From: an uncultured Limibaculum sp.
GTDB lineage: Bacteria > Pseudomonadota > Alphaproteobacteria > Rhodobacterales > Rhodobacteraceae
Length of the DNA: 64,000 nucleotides
Direction: 5' to 3'
NCBI GenBank assembly: GCA_951813525.2
Contig: CATOTJ020000002.1
Span: forward strand, 196,954 to 260,953
A program made the position numbers and the translations under genes. Below the pieces are notes generated by a model. It ran no database searches, had not been told where the DNA came from, and saw nothing but the letters and a program-made list of their open reading frames with translations. How positions within the stretch are numbered: position 1 is the first letter of the stretch; every line of letters starts with the position of its first letter. This document shows, one piece after another, positions 1 to 10,069 of the stretch.

Positions 1-638
1 CGCGAGGAAAAGCTGCAGGTGAAGCGGCGTGGCGGCCGGAATCGTGCGCTCGGGACGCGTAGACCGATGCTGGTACCGGACAGACCCAACGAGCGGTGGA
101 GCCTGGATTTCGTCTCTGATGCCTTCACCGATGGGCGCAGATTTCGGGTTTTGGCCATCGTCGATGACTTCAGTCGCGAATGCCTCGGCCTGGTCGCCGA
201 CACATCGCTGTCCGGCCTGCGCGTCACACGCGAACTGTCCGCAATCATGAGGCGCCGAGGACGTCCCAAGACCATCGTGAGCGATAACGGAACAGAACTG
301 ACCAGCATGGCAGTCCTCCGATGGTGTCAGGATACCGGCGTCGGTTGGCACTACATCGCGCCTGGCAAACCAACGCAGAATGCCTTCGTGGAGCGCTTCA
401 TCGGCAGTCTCCGAGACGAGCTGTTGAACGAGACGCTGTTCACGACCCTCGCCGAGGCGAAAGCACAAATCACCGCTTGGAAGGAGGACTACAACCGAAA
501 CAGACCGCACTCATCCCTGGGCAATCTAACGCCAGACGAATTTGCCGCGAAGATGGCACTGGAAAACCAGGCCGCATGAGGCCAGAAATCAACCCACGGA
601 TTCTCCAAATGGCTGGAGGGAAGTCGGGTCTCAGGACA
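1..638 (+). mobile_element. IS3-family (IS407-like) insertion sequence, 3' part; orfB integrase core 19..579, cut by window start
   Basis: ORF has WSLDF..D / SDNG / ERF DDE motifs; element end ...gtcgggtctcaggaCA at 638. Confidence 0.92.
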
Positions 639-798
639 GCGTGCCTGTCGCGCAGCCGCCATTGGTCGGATCTGATGCGCGAGGAATTGGAGTAGGCGAG
701 TACAAAAGTCCATCTTCCGTTGCTGATGGAAACTGAATGTCAGTCTTTCCAGACGAGCTGCGCATCGCATACCTCCGATACGGTCTAATAAAGAACAG

Positions 799-1221
799 TC
801 ATTCACACCGCGCCAAGCCGCCGAACCGTCCGCCCTCTGTCCACAGAGCTGTAACGAGCGCGAGCGCAAAGACGCCACCGACAAGCGGCAAAACAGTTCC
901 GTCAAACAAATGCCCGATGAACCATCCAAACGGCAAAGACACGAACGTGGAGATCGAGCCGATCACCGTAGCTCCCAAGCCCGCAATGTGTCCCAACGGT
1001 TCCATCGCAAGCGCATTGAGATTTCCAACCAGGATCCCGACGCAAAAGAACGTGGCCAACCGCCAAGCTAAGAACAACGGAATTGATGGCCGTCCATCGA
1101 CCGCGGAGAAGACGATGATAAAGGCACCGCTGATCAGTACGATCGCGGTAAGCACACCGTGGGTCAAAGGACGCATCCCCAACCGCAAAACCAGAAAAGA
1201 GTTCACAGCAGTCCGAAACAC
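799..1221 (-). pseudogene. C-terminal remnant of Bcr/CflA-type MFS efflux transporter
   Basis: Hydrophobic helices with GNLNALAMEPLGHIAG motif; only ~140 aa, in-frame stop just upstream. Confidence 0.7.
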
Positions 1222-1472
1222 GACACTCTTTGCCGCTGGGCAATTCTTCTAAAACTGCCGTAACGCTCACCGCCCGTTCACCGCCCGGATCGCGCCAGAT
1301 CTGGTTATTGATCCGGGCTGAACACCAGGTGCGGTTTGATCCCATTTTCCGCACAGTAACCACTTGATTTACGAAAGGAGGACAGGGGACCCGTCGACGC
1401 GATTGGCCGGTGGTTGTACGCCGGAACATAGGAGGGCCGACGATCGATTGGACCGACTTCTGCCCTGCGACC

Positions 1473-2396
1473 TCAGATTAATGTTTGCGCGATTCCCAAG
1501 GTCGATCCTGCCGCGTTTCTGTAGGCGGTGGGTGCCATGCCGGTCACTCTCGCGAATGACCGGCAAAAGTGCGATTGGCTCGAGAATCCAGTGCGCGCCG
1601 AGATTTCGGTCAAGGAAATGTCACCAGAGGTAAGCAGCGTCTTGGCCGCCTCTACCCGTCTCTTTTTGACGAACTGTCCAGGGCTTTCGCCTGTCGTTGC
1701 CTTGAAAAGCCGCGCGAAGTGATGCGGGCTATAGCAGGCCTCGCTGGCCAATTCCGACAAGGTCATATTCCGATGCAGGTTTGCATCAATGAATTCAAGC
1801 AGCCGATGCATTCGCCTGGCGTCCAGCCCGCCCGGCTGTTCGGTGTTTTGGCAGCGTGATGGGGTCAGATTCGAATAATGTTTCAAAAGATGCGCCGCCA
1901 GAGCCACGCGCATCGTCTCGACAAGCAGCCCGCTGAGGCCCGAGGGCTCGGCCATCTCGTCACGGATACAATGCGCAATCTGCTCGATGAACGGGTCGTG
2001 GAAACCGCCATCATAGCGAAGTTCCACTTTGTCGGGATCAACGCCGAACTCTTCCAGTGCGCTTTGCGAGAACTGCCGGTGCGGCACATAGATATGCAGG
2101 CAGTTCTTGATTTCGGCGAAAATCCGCACCGAGCGCTCGAAAATTCCTGCGGGGCACAGCCAGATCGTTCCAGGCATCGAGCAGGTGTCCTGCACGCGCC
2201 CATCGCCTTGTCGCTTGACCCGCGAATTGCCGGTGAGTTGCACCGCGATTTCGGTGGACGCCGGCTTTAGCGGTCGCAGCCGTCCGGCACCGTGAACCCA
2301 TTCCTCGGCCGATAGGGATCGCCATCCCAATCCGTGGCTCGAACCGAGCCGCATGCTATTGACGTATTTTTGCTCTCCATGGGCGGCGATTGTCAT
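1473..2396 (-). CDS. AraC-family transcriptional regulator, divergent from the Mo-enzyme operon
   Basis: C-terminal double HTH (LSELASEACYSPHHFARLFK ... GFSSQSHFCRSF). Confidence 0.9.
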   Translation of the reverse strand: MTIAAHGEQKYVNSMRLGSSHGLGWRSLSAEEWVHGAGRLRPLKPASTEIAVQLTGNSRVKRQGDGRVQDTCSMPGTIWLCPAGIFERSVRIFAEIKNCLHIYVPHRQFSQSALEEFGVDPDKVELRYDGGFHDPFIEQIAHCIRDEMAEPSGLSGLLVETMRVALAAHLLKHYSNLTPSRCQNTEQPGGLDARRMHRLLEFIDANLHRNMTLSELASEACYSPHHFARLFKATTGESPGQFVKKRRVEAAKTLLTSGDISLTEISARTGFSSQSHFCRSFARVTGMAPTAYRNAAGSTLGIAQTLI

Positions 2397-2636
2397 GTGA
2401 ACTTCACATCTCTGATGGAAATTGCGCAGAGCAACTGTACCGCAAAGTGCCGATTTAGCCAGCGGAACGTGGTCCGAGCCAGGTCGCTATGCGGTCGCGA
2501 TCGCCGGAAATCTTCGTCAATTTGGCGCAAATCGCAAGAATCGACACAAAATTCGCAAGATCATGAAAAACGTGACTGGGGATCCCGCCTACGGTGTTTG
2601 GCAATCAAAAGACAGCCAGCAACAGTGGAGATCACC

Positions 2637-4790
2637 ATGGCCAGCAAGACCGTCTTGGGCGCCTGCCCGCAAGACTGCCCCGATACTTGCTCGATGCTCG
2701 TCAATGTCGAGGATGGAAAGGTCACCAGCGTGCGTGGCAACCCCGATCATCCATATACCCGCGGACGTCTGTGCGTGAAGGTGAACAATTATCAGGACAA
2801 GATTTACAGTCCCGACCGCGTGCTGCACCCGCTGCGCCGCGTGGGGCCGAAGGGGTCGGCTCAGTTCGAACAGATCACCTGGGACGAGGCCCTGGATGAG
2901 ATCGAAACGAAGTGGAAAGCGATTATCGCCGAGCACGGCGCCTCGGCCATCCTGCCGTATTCCTATTTAGGTACCCAGGGGAACTCGCAGGGCCTGCATG
3001 TCGGGGACGCCTTCTTCAACAAGATGGGCGCCTCAGTGTCCGAGCGTACCTTCTGCGATTCCGGGTCCTGCACAGCCTATGCGATCACAATCGGCGACAC
3101 GGCGGGTGTCGATCCCGAGGCGTTGGCACTGTCGAAATACATTGTTCTTTGGGCAACCAATCCGCTGAGCGCGAACTCGCACCTTTGGCCTTTTATCATG
3201 GAGGCTAAGAAGAACGGCGCCAAGATTGTCGTGGTGGACCCATATAAAACCACGACGGCCAAGCAGGCGGACTGGCACATCCCGATCCTGCCTGGCACAG
3301 ATGGTGCGCTCGCGCTCGGGCTGATGAACGTGATCATCAACGAGGGCCTGACCGACACCGACTATGTCGAAAAATACACCTCGGGCATCGAGGAGTTGAC
3401 GGAGCATGTGCAGCAATACGACCCCGAAACCGTCGCGGACCTGACCGGACTCAGTTCCGACGACGTGCGCAAGTTGGCCCGTGAATTCGCCGCCGCTGAA
3501 CCGGCCGTGATCCGCGTCGGCGTCGCCATCGAACGCCATGCGGGCGGCGGCCAAACGGTGCGCGCGCTGGCGTGTCTGCCAGCGCTGACCGGGGCGTGGC
3601 GCAAGCCCGGCGGCGGCATCCTGCAATTGCCGATCTGGGTTTTCCCAATGCGGTGGGACGCGATGTCACGCGCCGATTTCCTGCCCGAAAACCCGCGTGT
3701 TGTGAACCTCTGGAAACTGGGCGAGATCCTGAACGGAGAGAACCTTGAAGGCCCGCCGATCAAATCGATGATGGTCTACAATGCCAACCCGGCGGTCACG
3801 ACGGCCGAGCAGGAGAAGGTCATCCAGGGTCTGATGCGCGAGGATCTTTTCACCGTGGTGAGCGAGCACTTCATCACGGACACGGCGCGTCACGCGGACA
3901 TTGTCCTGCCGGCGACCACGCAGATGGAACAGGAAGAGATCATGTTCTCCTGGGGCCATTTCTATCTCACCTTCAACAACAAGGCCATCGATCCCATGGG
4001 CGATGCGATCCCGAACACCGAGTTGTTCCGGCGTCTGGCCGCACGCATGGGCTTTGACGATCCGCACTTCAGGATGACGGACGAGGAGTTGATGAGGAAC
4101 ACCATCGACTGGGACTCGCCCACCCTCGAAGGCGTCACCTTCGAAGACATCAAAGAACGCGGCTATGTGCGGCTGAACCTGCCCAAGACCGAGGAATACG
4201 CCCCCCATGCCGAAGGAAACTTCCACACGGCCTCCGGCAAATGCGAGTTCGTGTCCTCGGCTGCGGCAGGCGGGAATTTCGTTATCCCGCTCTTCCGGCA
4301 GGGCTATACCGAGCAGCAGATGGGCGACGCCATCACGCCGATACCGGAATACATCCCGCCCAACGAATCCACGGCCACCAACCCGACGCTGGGTGCGAGC
4401 TATCCGCTCAGCATGGTCTCGCCTAAGAGCCACGCCTATCTCAGTTCGTCATTCGGCAACCTCAAGCACCAGCAGGAGCACAACGGCAAACAGTCCGTCA
4501 TCATGCATCCCGACGACGCGAAGGTACGCAGTATTTCGAACGGGGACCTTGTCACGATTAAGAACAACCGGGGGAGCTATGTGGCCGAGGCGAAGGTGAC
4601 CGAGGATGTGCGCCCCGGCGTGGTTTTCTCCCCCGTCGGTCATTGGCGTCACGGGTCCGAGGCGAACGCCACCGTGCAAGCGATCCTGCCGTCGACCTTG
4701 GCCGATCTGGGCGGTGCGCCAACCTTCTCGGACACATTGGTCGAGATCAGCCTGGTCAACACCGCCGGAAAGAGCATCGCCGCGGAATGA
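2637..4790 (+). CDS. Molybdopterin-dependent oxidoreductase (DMSO-reductase superfamily), cytoplasmic, function unknown
   Basis: CPQDCPDTC...C Fe-S motif, RVLHPLRR, ADIVLPAT, C-terminal HPDDA domain; ATG 2637 with GGAG RBS; no Tat signal. Confidence 0.9.
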   Translation: MASKTVLGACPQDCPDTCSMLVNVEDGKVTSVRGNPDHPYTRGRLCVKVNNYQDKIYSPDRVLHPLRRVGPKGSAQFEQITWDEALDEIETKWKAIIAEHGASAILPYSYLGTQGNSQGLHVGDAFFNKMGASVSERTFCDSGSCTAYAITIGDTAGVDPEALALSKYIVLWATNPLSANSHLWPFIMEAKKNGAKIVVVDPYKTTTAKQADWHIPILPGTDGALALGLMNVIINEGLTDTDYVEKYTSGIEELTEHVQQYDPETVADLTGLSSDDVRKLAREFAAAEPAVIRVGVAIERHAGGGQTVRALACLPALTGAWRKPGGGILQLPIWVFPMRWDAMSRADFLPENPRVVNLWKLGEILNGENLEGPPIKSMMVYNANPAVTTAEQEKVIQGLMREDLFTVVSEHFITDTARHADIVLPATTQMEQEEIMFSWGHFYLTFNNKAIDPMGDAIPNTELFRRLAARMGFDDPHFRMTDEELMRNTIDWDSPTLEGVTFEDIKERGYVRLNLPKTEEYAPHAEGNFHTASGKCEFVSSAAAGGNFVIPLFRQGYTEQQMGDAITPIPEYIPPNESTATNPTLGASYPLSMVSPKSHAYLSSSFGNLKHQQEHNGKQSVIMHPDDAKVRSISNGDLVTIKNNRGSYVAEAKVTEDVRPGVVFSPVGHWRHGSEANATVQAILPSTLADLGGAPTFSDTLVEISLVNTAGKSIAAE

Positions 4791-5092
4791 CGCATATCGT
4801 TACGGATAACTGCCGGGCATGCCGGTTCACGCAATGCGTGTCCGTCTGTCCAGTCGAGTGCTTCCATGTTGGCGAAGACATGCTCTACATCGATCCCGAG
4901 CTCTGCATTGACTGCGGCGGATGCATTCCTGTTTGCCCGGTCAACGCCATCTATGACACCGTCGCGATGCCTGAAGAACACGCACCCTGGATTGCGATCA
5001 ACAAGCAGAAGTCAGCCGAGTTACCGGTGATCAGCGCGGCGATGGATCCAATGCCGGGCGCAGAAGATAAGCGCGCGGCGCTCGGGCTATAG
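4787..5092 (+). CDS. Dicluster (FdxA-like) ferredoxin
   Basis: CRAC..TQCVSVCPVEC and CIDCGGCIPVCP; ATGA overlap with upstream stop. Confidence 0.9.
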   Translation: MTHIVTDNCRACRFTQCVSVCPVECFHVGEDMLYIDPELCIDCGGCIPVCPVNAIYDTVAMPEEHAPWIAINKQKSAELPVISAAMDPMPGAEDKRAALGL

Positions 5093-5094
5093 AC

Positions 5095-6474
5095 TTGGAC
5101 GCCGTGCCACAAAAAAGGACCTTCGCCGTCGCTGTCGTCGGCGCAGGTCCAAGTGGGTTCTATGCCGCCGAAGCGTTGCTCAGGGCGTCGGACGACATCT
5201 CGGTCTGGATGTTTGAGAAACTGCCAGTGCCTTATGGCCTGGTGCGTTATGGCGTGGCGCCCGATCATCCCAAACTGAAGGCGGTGACCGCGGTGTTCGA
5301 CCGGATCGCGGGAATGGACGGTTTCCATTTCTGCGGCAATGTCGAGATCGGGCGCGATGTCTCTGTCGCCGCAATACAAGAGCATTTTCACGCGGTAATA
5401 TTCGCACATGGCCCTGCCAGCGGGGCCGAACTGGGCATCCCCGGCGAAGATCTGCCGGGCAGTCACACCGCCCACGCTTTCGTGGCCTGGTATAACGGGC
5501 ATCCCGATTATCGCGATCTGACGGTAGATCTGCGCACCGAGGCCGCAGCGGTAATTGGCAACGGCAACGTGGCTTTGGATGTCGCGCGCATCCTCGCCAA
5601 GCCAATCGACGAGCTGCGCAAGACCGACATCGCAGATCACGCACTGGAGGTTCTGGCCGAGAGCCAGATCCGCGACATTCACGTCATCGGCCGACGCGGT
5701 CCGGCCCAGGTCAATTTCGTCTCCAAAGAGCTGCGCGAATTCAGCGAGACCGAGGGCTTCAGATCCATTGTCGATCCGGCGGACATGGATCTGGGTGTAG
5801 CCTGCAAGGAGGAATTGGAAGACACAGGGGCCGGTGATTTAAGGCTCTGCGCCGAACTGCTCGGTGGCTTCGTTCATTCCAGCCAAAAGGCGCCGCGGAC
5901 CTGTCATTTCCACTTTCACCAAATGCCCGTTGCCATCACCGGCGATGCCCGTGCGCGTGTGCTCAAGCTGCGGCTCAACAAGCTGATCGGTTCAGCCTTT
6001 GCCCAACGGGCGGTGCAAACGAACGAAGCCTTTGATCTTTCCTGCGGCCTCGTGGTCAGCAGTGTTGGGTACAAACCTGCATTACTTGAACCTCTTGCGC
6101 TGGCGCGAGACGGACGCCACCTGGACCATGCGAACGGGCGCCTCGTGGAAAACGGAACCGTTTTAACCGGGCTCTATGTGACCGGGTGGGCCAAACGGGG
6201 TCCGAATGGCACCATCGGTACAAATCGAGGCGATAGCCAGGAAACGGTGGCAACTCTGCTGACGGACAAACCAATGCTGGCAGCGAATTCCAGGCAAAAT
6301 GCCGCCTCGCTGTTGGAAAAGCTACGACCCCAAATGGTCACTTACGATGACTGGCTGGCGATCGACGCTCGCGAGAAAACGAACGGCGCGAAATCCGGCC
6401 GACCCCGGGTAAAGCTCACATCGAGATCAATGATGCTGAGTGTTCACAACATGCTCGTGCAGCCCACATTATGA
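5095..6474 (+). CDS. Ferredoxin-NADP+ reductase (adrenodoxin reductase/FprA type)
   Basis: GAGPSG, PYGLVRYGVAPDHP, GNGNVALD, GRRGP, GWAKRGPNGTIG motifs. Confidence 0.9.
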   Translation: MDAVPQKRTFAVAVVGAGPSGFYAAEALLRASDDISVWMFEKLPVPYGLVRYGVAPDHPKLKAVTAVFDRIAGMDGFHFCGNVEIGRDVSVAAIQEHFHAVIFAHGPASGAELGIPGEDLPGSHTAHAFVAWYNGHPDYRDLTVDLRTEAAAVIGNGNVALDVARILAKPIDELRKTDIADHALEVLAESQIRDIHVIGRRGPAQVNFVSKELREFSETEGFRSIVDPADMDLGVACKEELEDTGAGDLRLCAELLGGFVHSSQKAPRTCHFHFHQMPVAITGDARARVLKLRLNKLIGSAFAQRAVQTNEAFDLSCGLVVSSVGYKPALLEPLALARDGRHLDHANGRLVENGTVLTGLYVTGWAKRGPNGTIGTNRGDSQETVATLLTDKPMLAANSRQNAASLLEKLRPQMVTYDDWLAIDAREKTNGAKSGRPRVKLTSRSMMLSVHNMLVQPTL

Positions 6475-6563
6475 GGATCTGTCCTGCATCGATGGTGCCC
6501 ATGCACGTTAAAAATTTACGCTCACCTTGGCGACCCACCACTCCGACCAGCGATTGACAAATT

Positions 6564-6798
6564 TTGGAGCATCAATCCTCTGCTGAAAGCCTCTTCCTGT
6601 TGCTCAAACGCGAACGCATCAAACGTTTCACCCATCCGGCGCGGAAAGGCGCAAGGCGCGACGTGTTCGGGTGCATTGAGATGTTTTACAACCCTCGACG
6701 AAAACACACGCGCAACGGCATGCTGTCGCCGGTAGATTTCGAAGCAAGACAGCTCAAACTGAACCAGGCAGGTGTTTGGGAAACTAGGGGCAACCCAA
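6564..6798 (+). pseudogene. IS3-family transposase 3' remnant with right end
   Basis: AESLFLLLKRERIK...YNPRRKHTRNGMLSPVDFE; IR-like aaactaggggcaacccCA end. Confidence 0.7.
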
Positions 6799-6851
6799 AC
6801 GCCCAATCAGAGAAGCGGACATTACCGTGCAATTCAGATCCGCACATATAC

Positions 6852-7808
6852 CTAGGAGGTTCCGCGCCGCACGGTTCGAGTTTGCCATTGCGCCTCGATT
6901 TTTGCCTCGTTCGCGAGGTTCACAATCTGAAGAGCGGTTTCCCGGGTCGCTGGGGAGATCGGTCCGTTGGCGGGCAGGGCCCTGAAGAGCCTTCTGCGTA
7001 TGGTGGGGTCCACAATCCGCGAGATCGCAAATTCTCCCCGTGTGGTTTCCCGGTTGATCGCACTGAAGGGGAGGATCGCATAGCCGTCTCCGGCCCTAAC
7101 AAGATCGCGCTGGGCCTCGTTTGAATCCACTTCCAGAGCGATCTGTGGGGACAATCCGGCTGAGGTGAAAGCCGCATCAATCAGGCTACGCACCCCGCCT
7201 CCCAGGGCATACAGCAAAAGCGGCGCGTCGCCGATTTCTGCGAGCTTGATCTCCTCTGCCTGAACCAGTGCCGCCGACTTGTCGCCGACCAGATACAGAG
7301 CCTCATCGGCAAACAACTCGGTGTCCAGCCCATGATGTGGGTGGGTGTCAGTCACCACTGCCACGTCAACATGACCTTTCTGCATCATGTCTGGAACATC
7401 CGCGCTGAAGGCTTCCAGGATCCGAACGGCACAATTTGGATGGCGCTCTCGCATACGCCGAATGAGGGGAAGGAAAAGAATGCGCCCGACGCTTTCAGGC
7501 ATCGCGACCCGGCACTCCCCCCGCAGGTCGCCGCTCATCTCCTGAACCTTGGCGCACAGCACGTCGTGGCGGCGCAGAATGTCTATACTCGCCTCGTGCA
7601 TGAGACGGCCGCTGTCGGTTAACGTCACACCGCGGCCCGAGCGGTTGAACAACTTCGCGCCCAATGTCTGTTCCATCTGCGCGGTAATGCGACTTAGCGC
7701 GGATTGCGTGACCCCAAGCACCACTGCGGCACGTGAAAAGCTTGTCGCCTCTGTGATGGCCAGAAACGTACGCATCTGGTGGAGCGTCAGATCATTGAGC
7801 TCCTGCAC
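6852..7808 (-). CDS. LysR-family regulator
   Basis: SFSRAAVVLGVTQSALSR HTH, LFNRSGRGVTLT, substrate-binding domain. Confidence 0.92.
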   Translation of the reverse strand: MQELNDLTLHQMRTFLAITEATSFSRAAVVLGVTQSALSRITAQMEQTLGAKLFNRSGRGVTLTDSGRLMHEASIDILRRHDVLCAKVQEMSGDLRGECRVAMPESVGRILFLPLIRRMRERHPNCAVRILEAFSADVPDMMQKGHVDVAVVTDTHPHHGLDTELFADEALYLVGDKSAALVQAEEIKLAEIGDAPLLLYALGGGVRSLIDAAFTSAGLSPQIALEVDSNEAQRDLVRAGDGYAILPFSAINRETTRGEFAISRIVDPTIRRRLFRALPANGPISPATRETALQIVNLANEAKIEAQWQTRTVRRGTS

Positions 7809-7857
7809 AATGTTTTCCTCATAGTAGATAGTCCTTTCGTGACAATTCTATCATGAG

Positions 7858-9006
7858 ATGACAGATGTTAAAACGCGTTGTGAGATAGAATGCATTTTAG
7901 TCGATCAGGATGGACTTGATATGGATGGAAACAGTTACGCGAGCCTTCCGGACACCATGGCGAAACGCTACTATCTGGATCCTGCCGTATATGAGGAAGA
8001 AAAAGAACGGATCTTCTTCAAGGAATGGATCTGTGTTGGGCATGTAAGCCAAATCCCGGAAACCGGCAGTTTTCTCACCGCAGAGATCGCCGATGAGCGA
8101 ATTGTAGTGTTCCGGCAAGACGATGGCTCGTCCCGGGCTTTCTACAATGTGTGTCAACACCGCGCGCATCCGCTGGTGGAGGGTTGTGGTCAGCGTGGCA
8201 AGATAACCTGCCCGTACCACGGCTGGACATATTCAGTGAACGGCGACCTGATCGGCGCGCCCGGCTGTCATGGTCTGGCCGGGTTCAAGGACCGAAACAT
8301 CAAACTGAGGCAGGTGCGCTGCGAACTGGTTCTTGGCCTCATCTTCGTCAATCTGGACGAGCACGCTGTGCCGATTGCGCAGAAACTGGGTGTCGTTGTT
8401 GACGAAATCGCAGCCGCGTTCCCCCGCCTCGAGGAAATGGTGCTTGTGGCCGAGCACACCCAGCATCATCACAGCAATTGGAAGGTGACGATCGAAAACT
8501 TCACCGAGTGCTATCATTGCCCGGTGGCCCACAAGTACCTGGTTCAAAACACCTACAGCGGCGAAGCGTACAAGGTCGAATTCGACGGCGCGATCATCCG
8601 CCATTCCTCCAAAGGTCACAGGGACCCGGCGGTCCACGGCGAAGATTTCCTGGTCTGGTTCATGTGGCCCACATTCGCCATTGAACTGTACCCGCTGCAT
8701 CGCTGCGCGTCGCTGCGCTACTGGATCCCACGGGGGCACGAGCGCTGTGACTATGTATTCCGCTGGCACACCTTGCCGGATCTTTCTCCAGAAGCGGTTC
8801 AGGAGGTGATCGACTATGCCAAGGTTCATGACGAGACCACGGGAGACGAAGATACCGCCTTGGTCGATCAAGTCCAGGTTGGCCTGAGGAGCCGCGGCTA
8901 CACGGGCGGGATGCTCGTTGTTAAGCCCGAGCTCAACAACGAATGTGAGAACGCGGTCGCCCATTTGCAAAACTTCTATCTGCAGCAGATGGGACCGGGA
9001 CGCTAA
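7858..9006 (+). CDS. Rieske non-heme iron oxygenase alpha subunit (choline/carnitine monooxygenase-like); start may be 7921
   Basis: CQHRAH..CPYHGW Rieske motif; NWKVTIENFTECYHCPVAH mononuclear Fe motif. Confidence 0.88.
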   Translation: MTDVKTRCEIECILVDQDGLDMDGNSYASLPDTMAKRYYLDPAVYEEEKERIFFKEWICVGHVSQIPETGSFLTAEIADERIVVFRQDDGSSRAFYNVCQHRAHPLVEGCGQRGKITCPYHGWTYSVNGDLIGAPGCHGLAGFKDRNIKLRQVRCELVLGLIFVNLDEHAVPIAQKLGVVVDEIAAAFPRLEEMVLVAEHTQHHHSNWKVTIENFTECYHCPVAHKYLVQNTYSGEAYKVEFDGAIIRHSSKGHRDPAVHGEDFLVWFMWPTFAIELYPLHRCASLRYWIPRGHERCDYVFRWHTLPDLSPEAVQEVIDYAKVHDETTGDEDTALVDQVQVGLRSRGYTGGMLVVKPELNNECENAVAHLQNFYLQQMGPGR

Positions 9007-9016
9007 AGGGCCGCAC

Positions 9017-10069
9017 ATGAAGATTGTCCAAGCCGAGCTTGTCCCCTTCGAGCCCGAATTTTCGAACGGTAAGGCCTATGTCCAGTCAATCACTGTGCAG
9101 TCAAAACTGTATCATAGCCTTTTACAGGTCACGACGGAGGATGGCCTGACAGGCGTGGGCGAGGTCGTGCGCTTTTCTGATGTAAGAGAAGACGAAGCAG
9201 ATCGTGCGGACGCTGCAACGGTAAAAGAACTGATTGGTTCCGAACTCTCAGGCGTCCCGGGCATGCTGACAGACTGGAATGGCCGTGATGTGAGTTTTCG
9301 AAACATCTCGTTTGCCTTGGACTGCGCCTGGCATGATCTGATTTCCCAGAAAACCGGCGTGCCCGTCTCAGCACTTCTGGGCGGACCTGCAGCGGGCGAC
9401 GTGCCGGAGATCCTTTCACTCTCGGCAGGGTCGGCCGCTGATGTCACCGCAGGCATCCGTGCCAACGGCGGACAGGCGCCGGTCATCCAAATCAAGCTGG
9501 GGGTGGATGATTTGGACACGGATATGGCCTGCGTCAGAGAGGTTCTGAGCGGTCTGAGCAAGAAGCAGCTCGTGCTCGCCGATTTCAACGGTGCGTTGCC
9601 TCTGGACGTGGCGCTTGAGGAGATTCCGACACTGAGCCATCCGCAGCTCATCTGGGAAGATCCGTGTAAACGGTACGAAGACAATGTGGAGGTGGCGCGG
9701 AGCTTGCCTTCACCAATGATGATTGATTCCAGCCTGTGGGGTCTGGACATGATCACGCGGGCCATTGCCGACCGTTTTCAGATGGTTTGCATCAAACCCG
9801 TAAAGTTTGGTGGGTTGGGTGCTGCCCGAACCGCCCGGGATATGTGCGTGGCTGCTGGCATGAAGATCCGAATTGACGGGCCTTGGGCCGGCCAGCACTA
9901 CGCCCATGCCGCACTGGCGCTTGCCGTCGGTGCGCCGACCGATCAGATGATCGGATCCATTGACCTGACAGAACCATTGGATACGGATCACGAGATGATC
10001 GCCCGTCCTGCCCCGGGACGCGTTGGCCCGGCAGACCAATCCACAAGTAGCCAGACGAGACGCCAATGA
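9017..10069 (+). CDS. Enolase-superfamily (mandelate racemase/MLE subgroup) protein, HpbD-like, divergent
   Basis: TTEDGLTGVGE capping domain, QIKLG, DFNG, WEDP, KPVKFGG. Confidence 0.75.
   Translation: MKIVQAELVPFEPEFSNGKAYVQSITVQSKLYHSLLQVTTEDGLTGVGEVVRFSDVREDEADRADAATVKELIGSELSGVPGMLTDWNGRDVSFRNISFALDCAWHDLISQKTGVPVSALLGGPAAGDVPEILSLSAGSAADVTAGIRANGGQAPVIQIKLGVDDLDTDMACVREVLSGLSKKQLVLADFNGALPLDVALEEIPTLSHPQLIWEDPCKRYEDNVEVARSLPSPMMIDSSLWGLDMITRAIADRFQMVCIKPVKFGGLGAARTARDMCVAAGMKIRIDGPWAGQHYAHAALALAVGAPTDQMIGSIDLTEPLDTDHEMIARPAPGRVGPADQSTSSQTRRQ

Noticed and set aside
2334-2636. N-terminal extension of the Mo-enzyme ORF
   Set aside because: Overlaps the divergent AraC gene and promoter; the family-typical start with RBS is ATG 2637.
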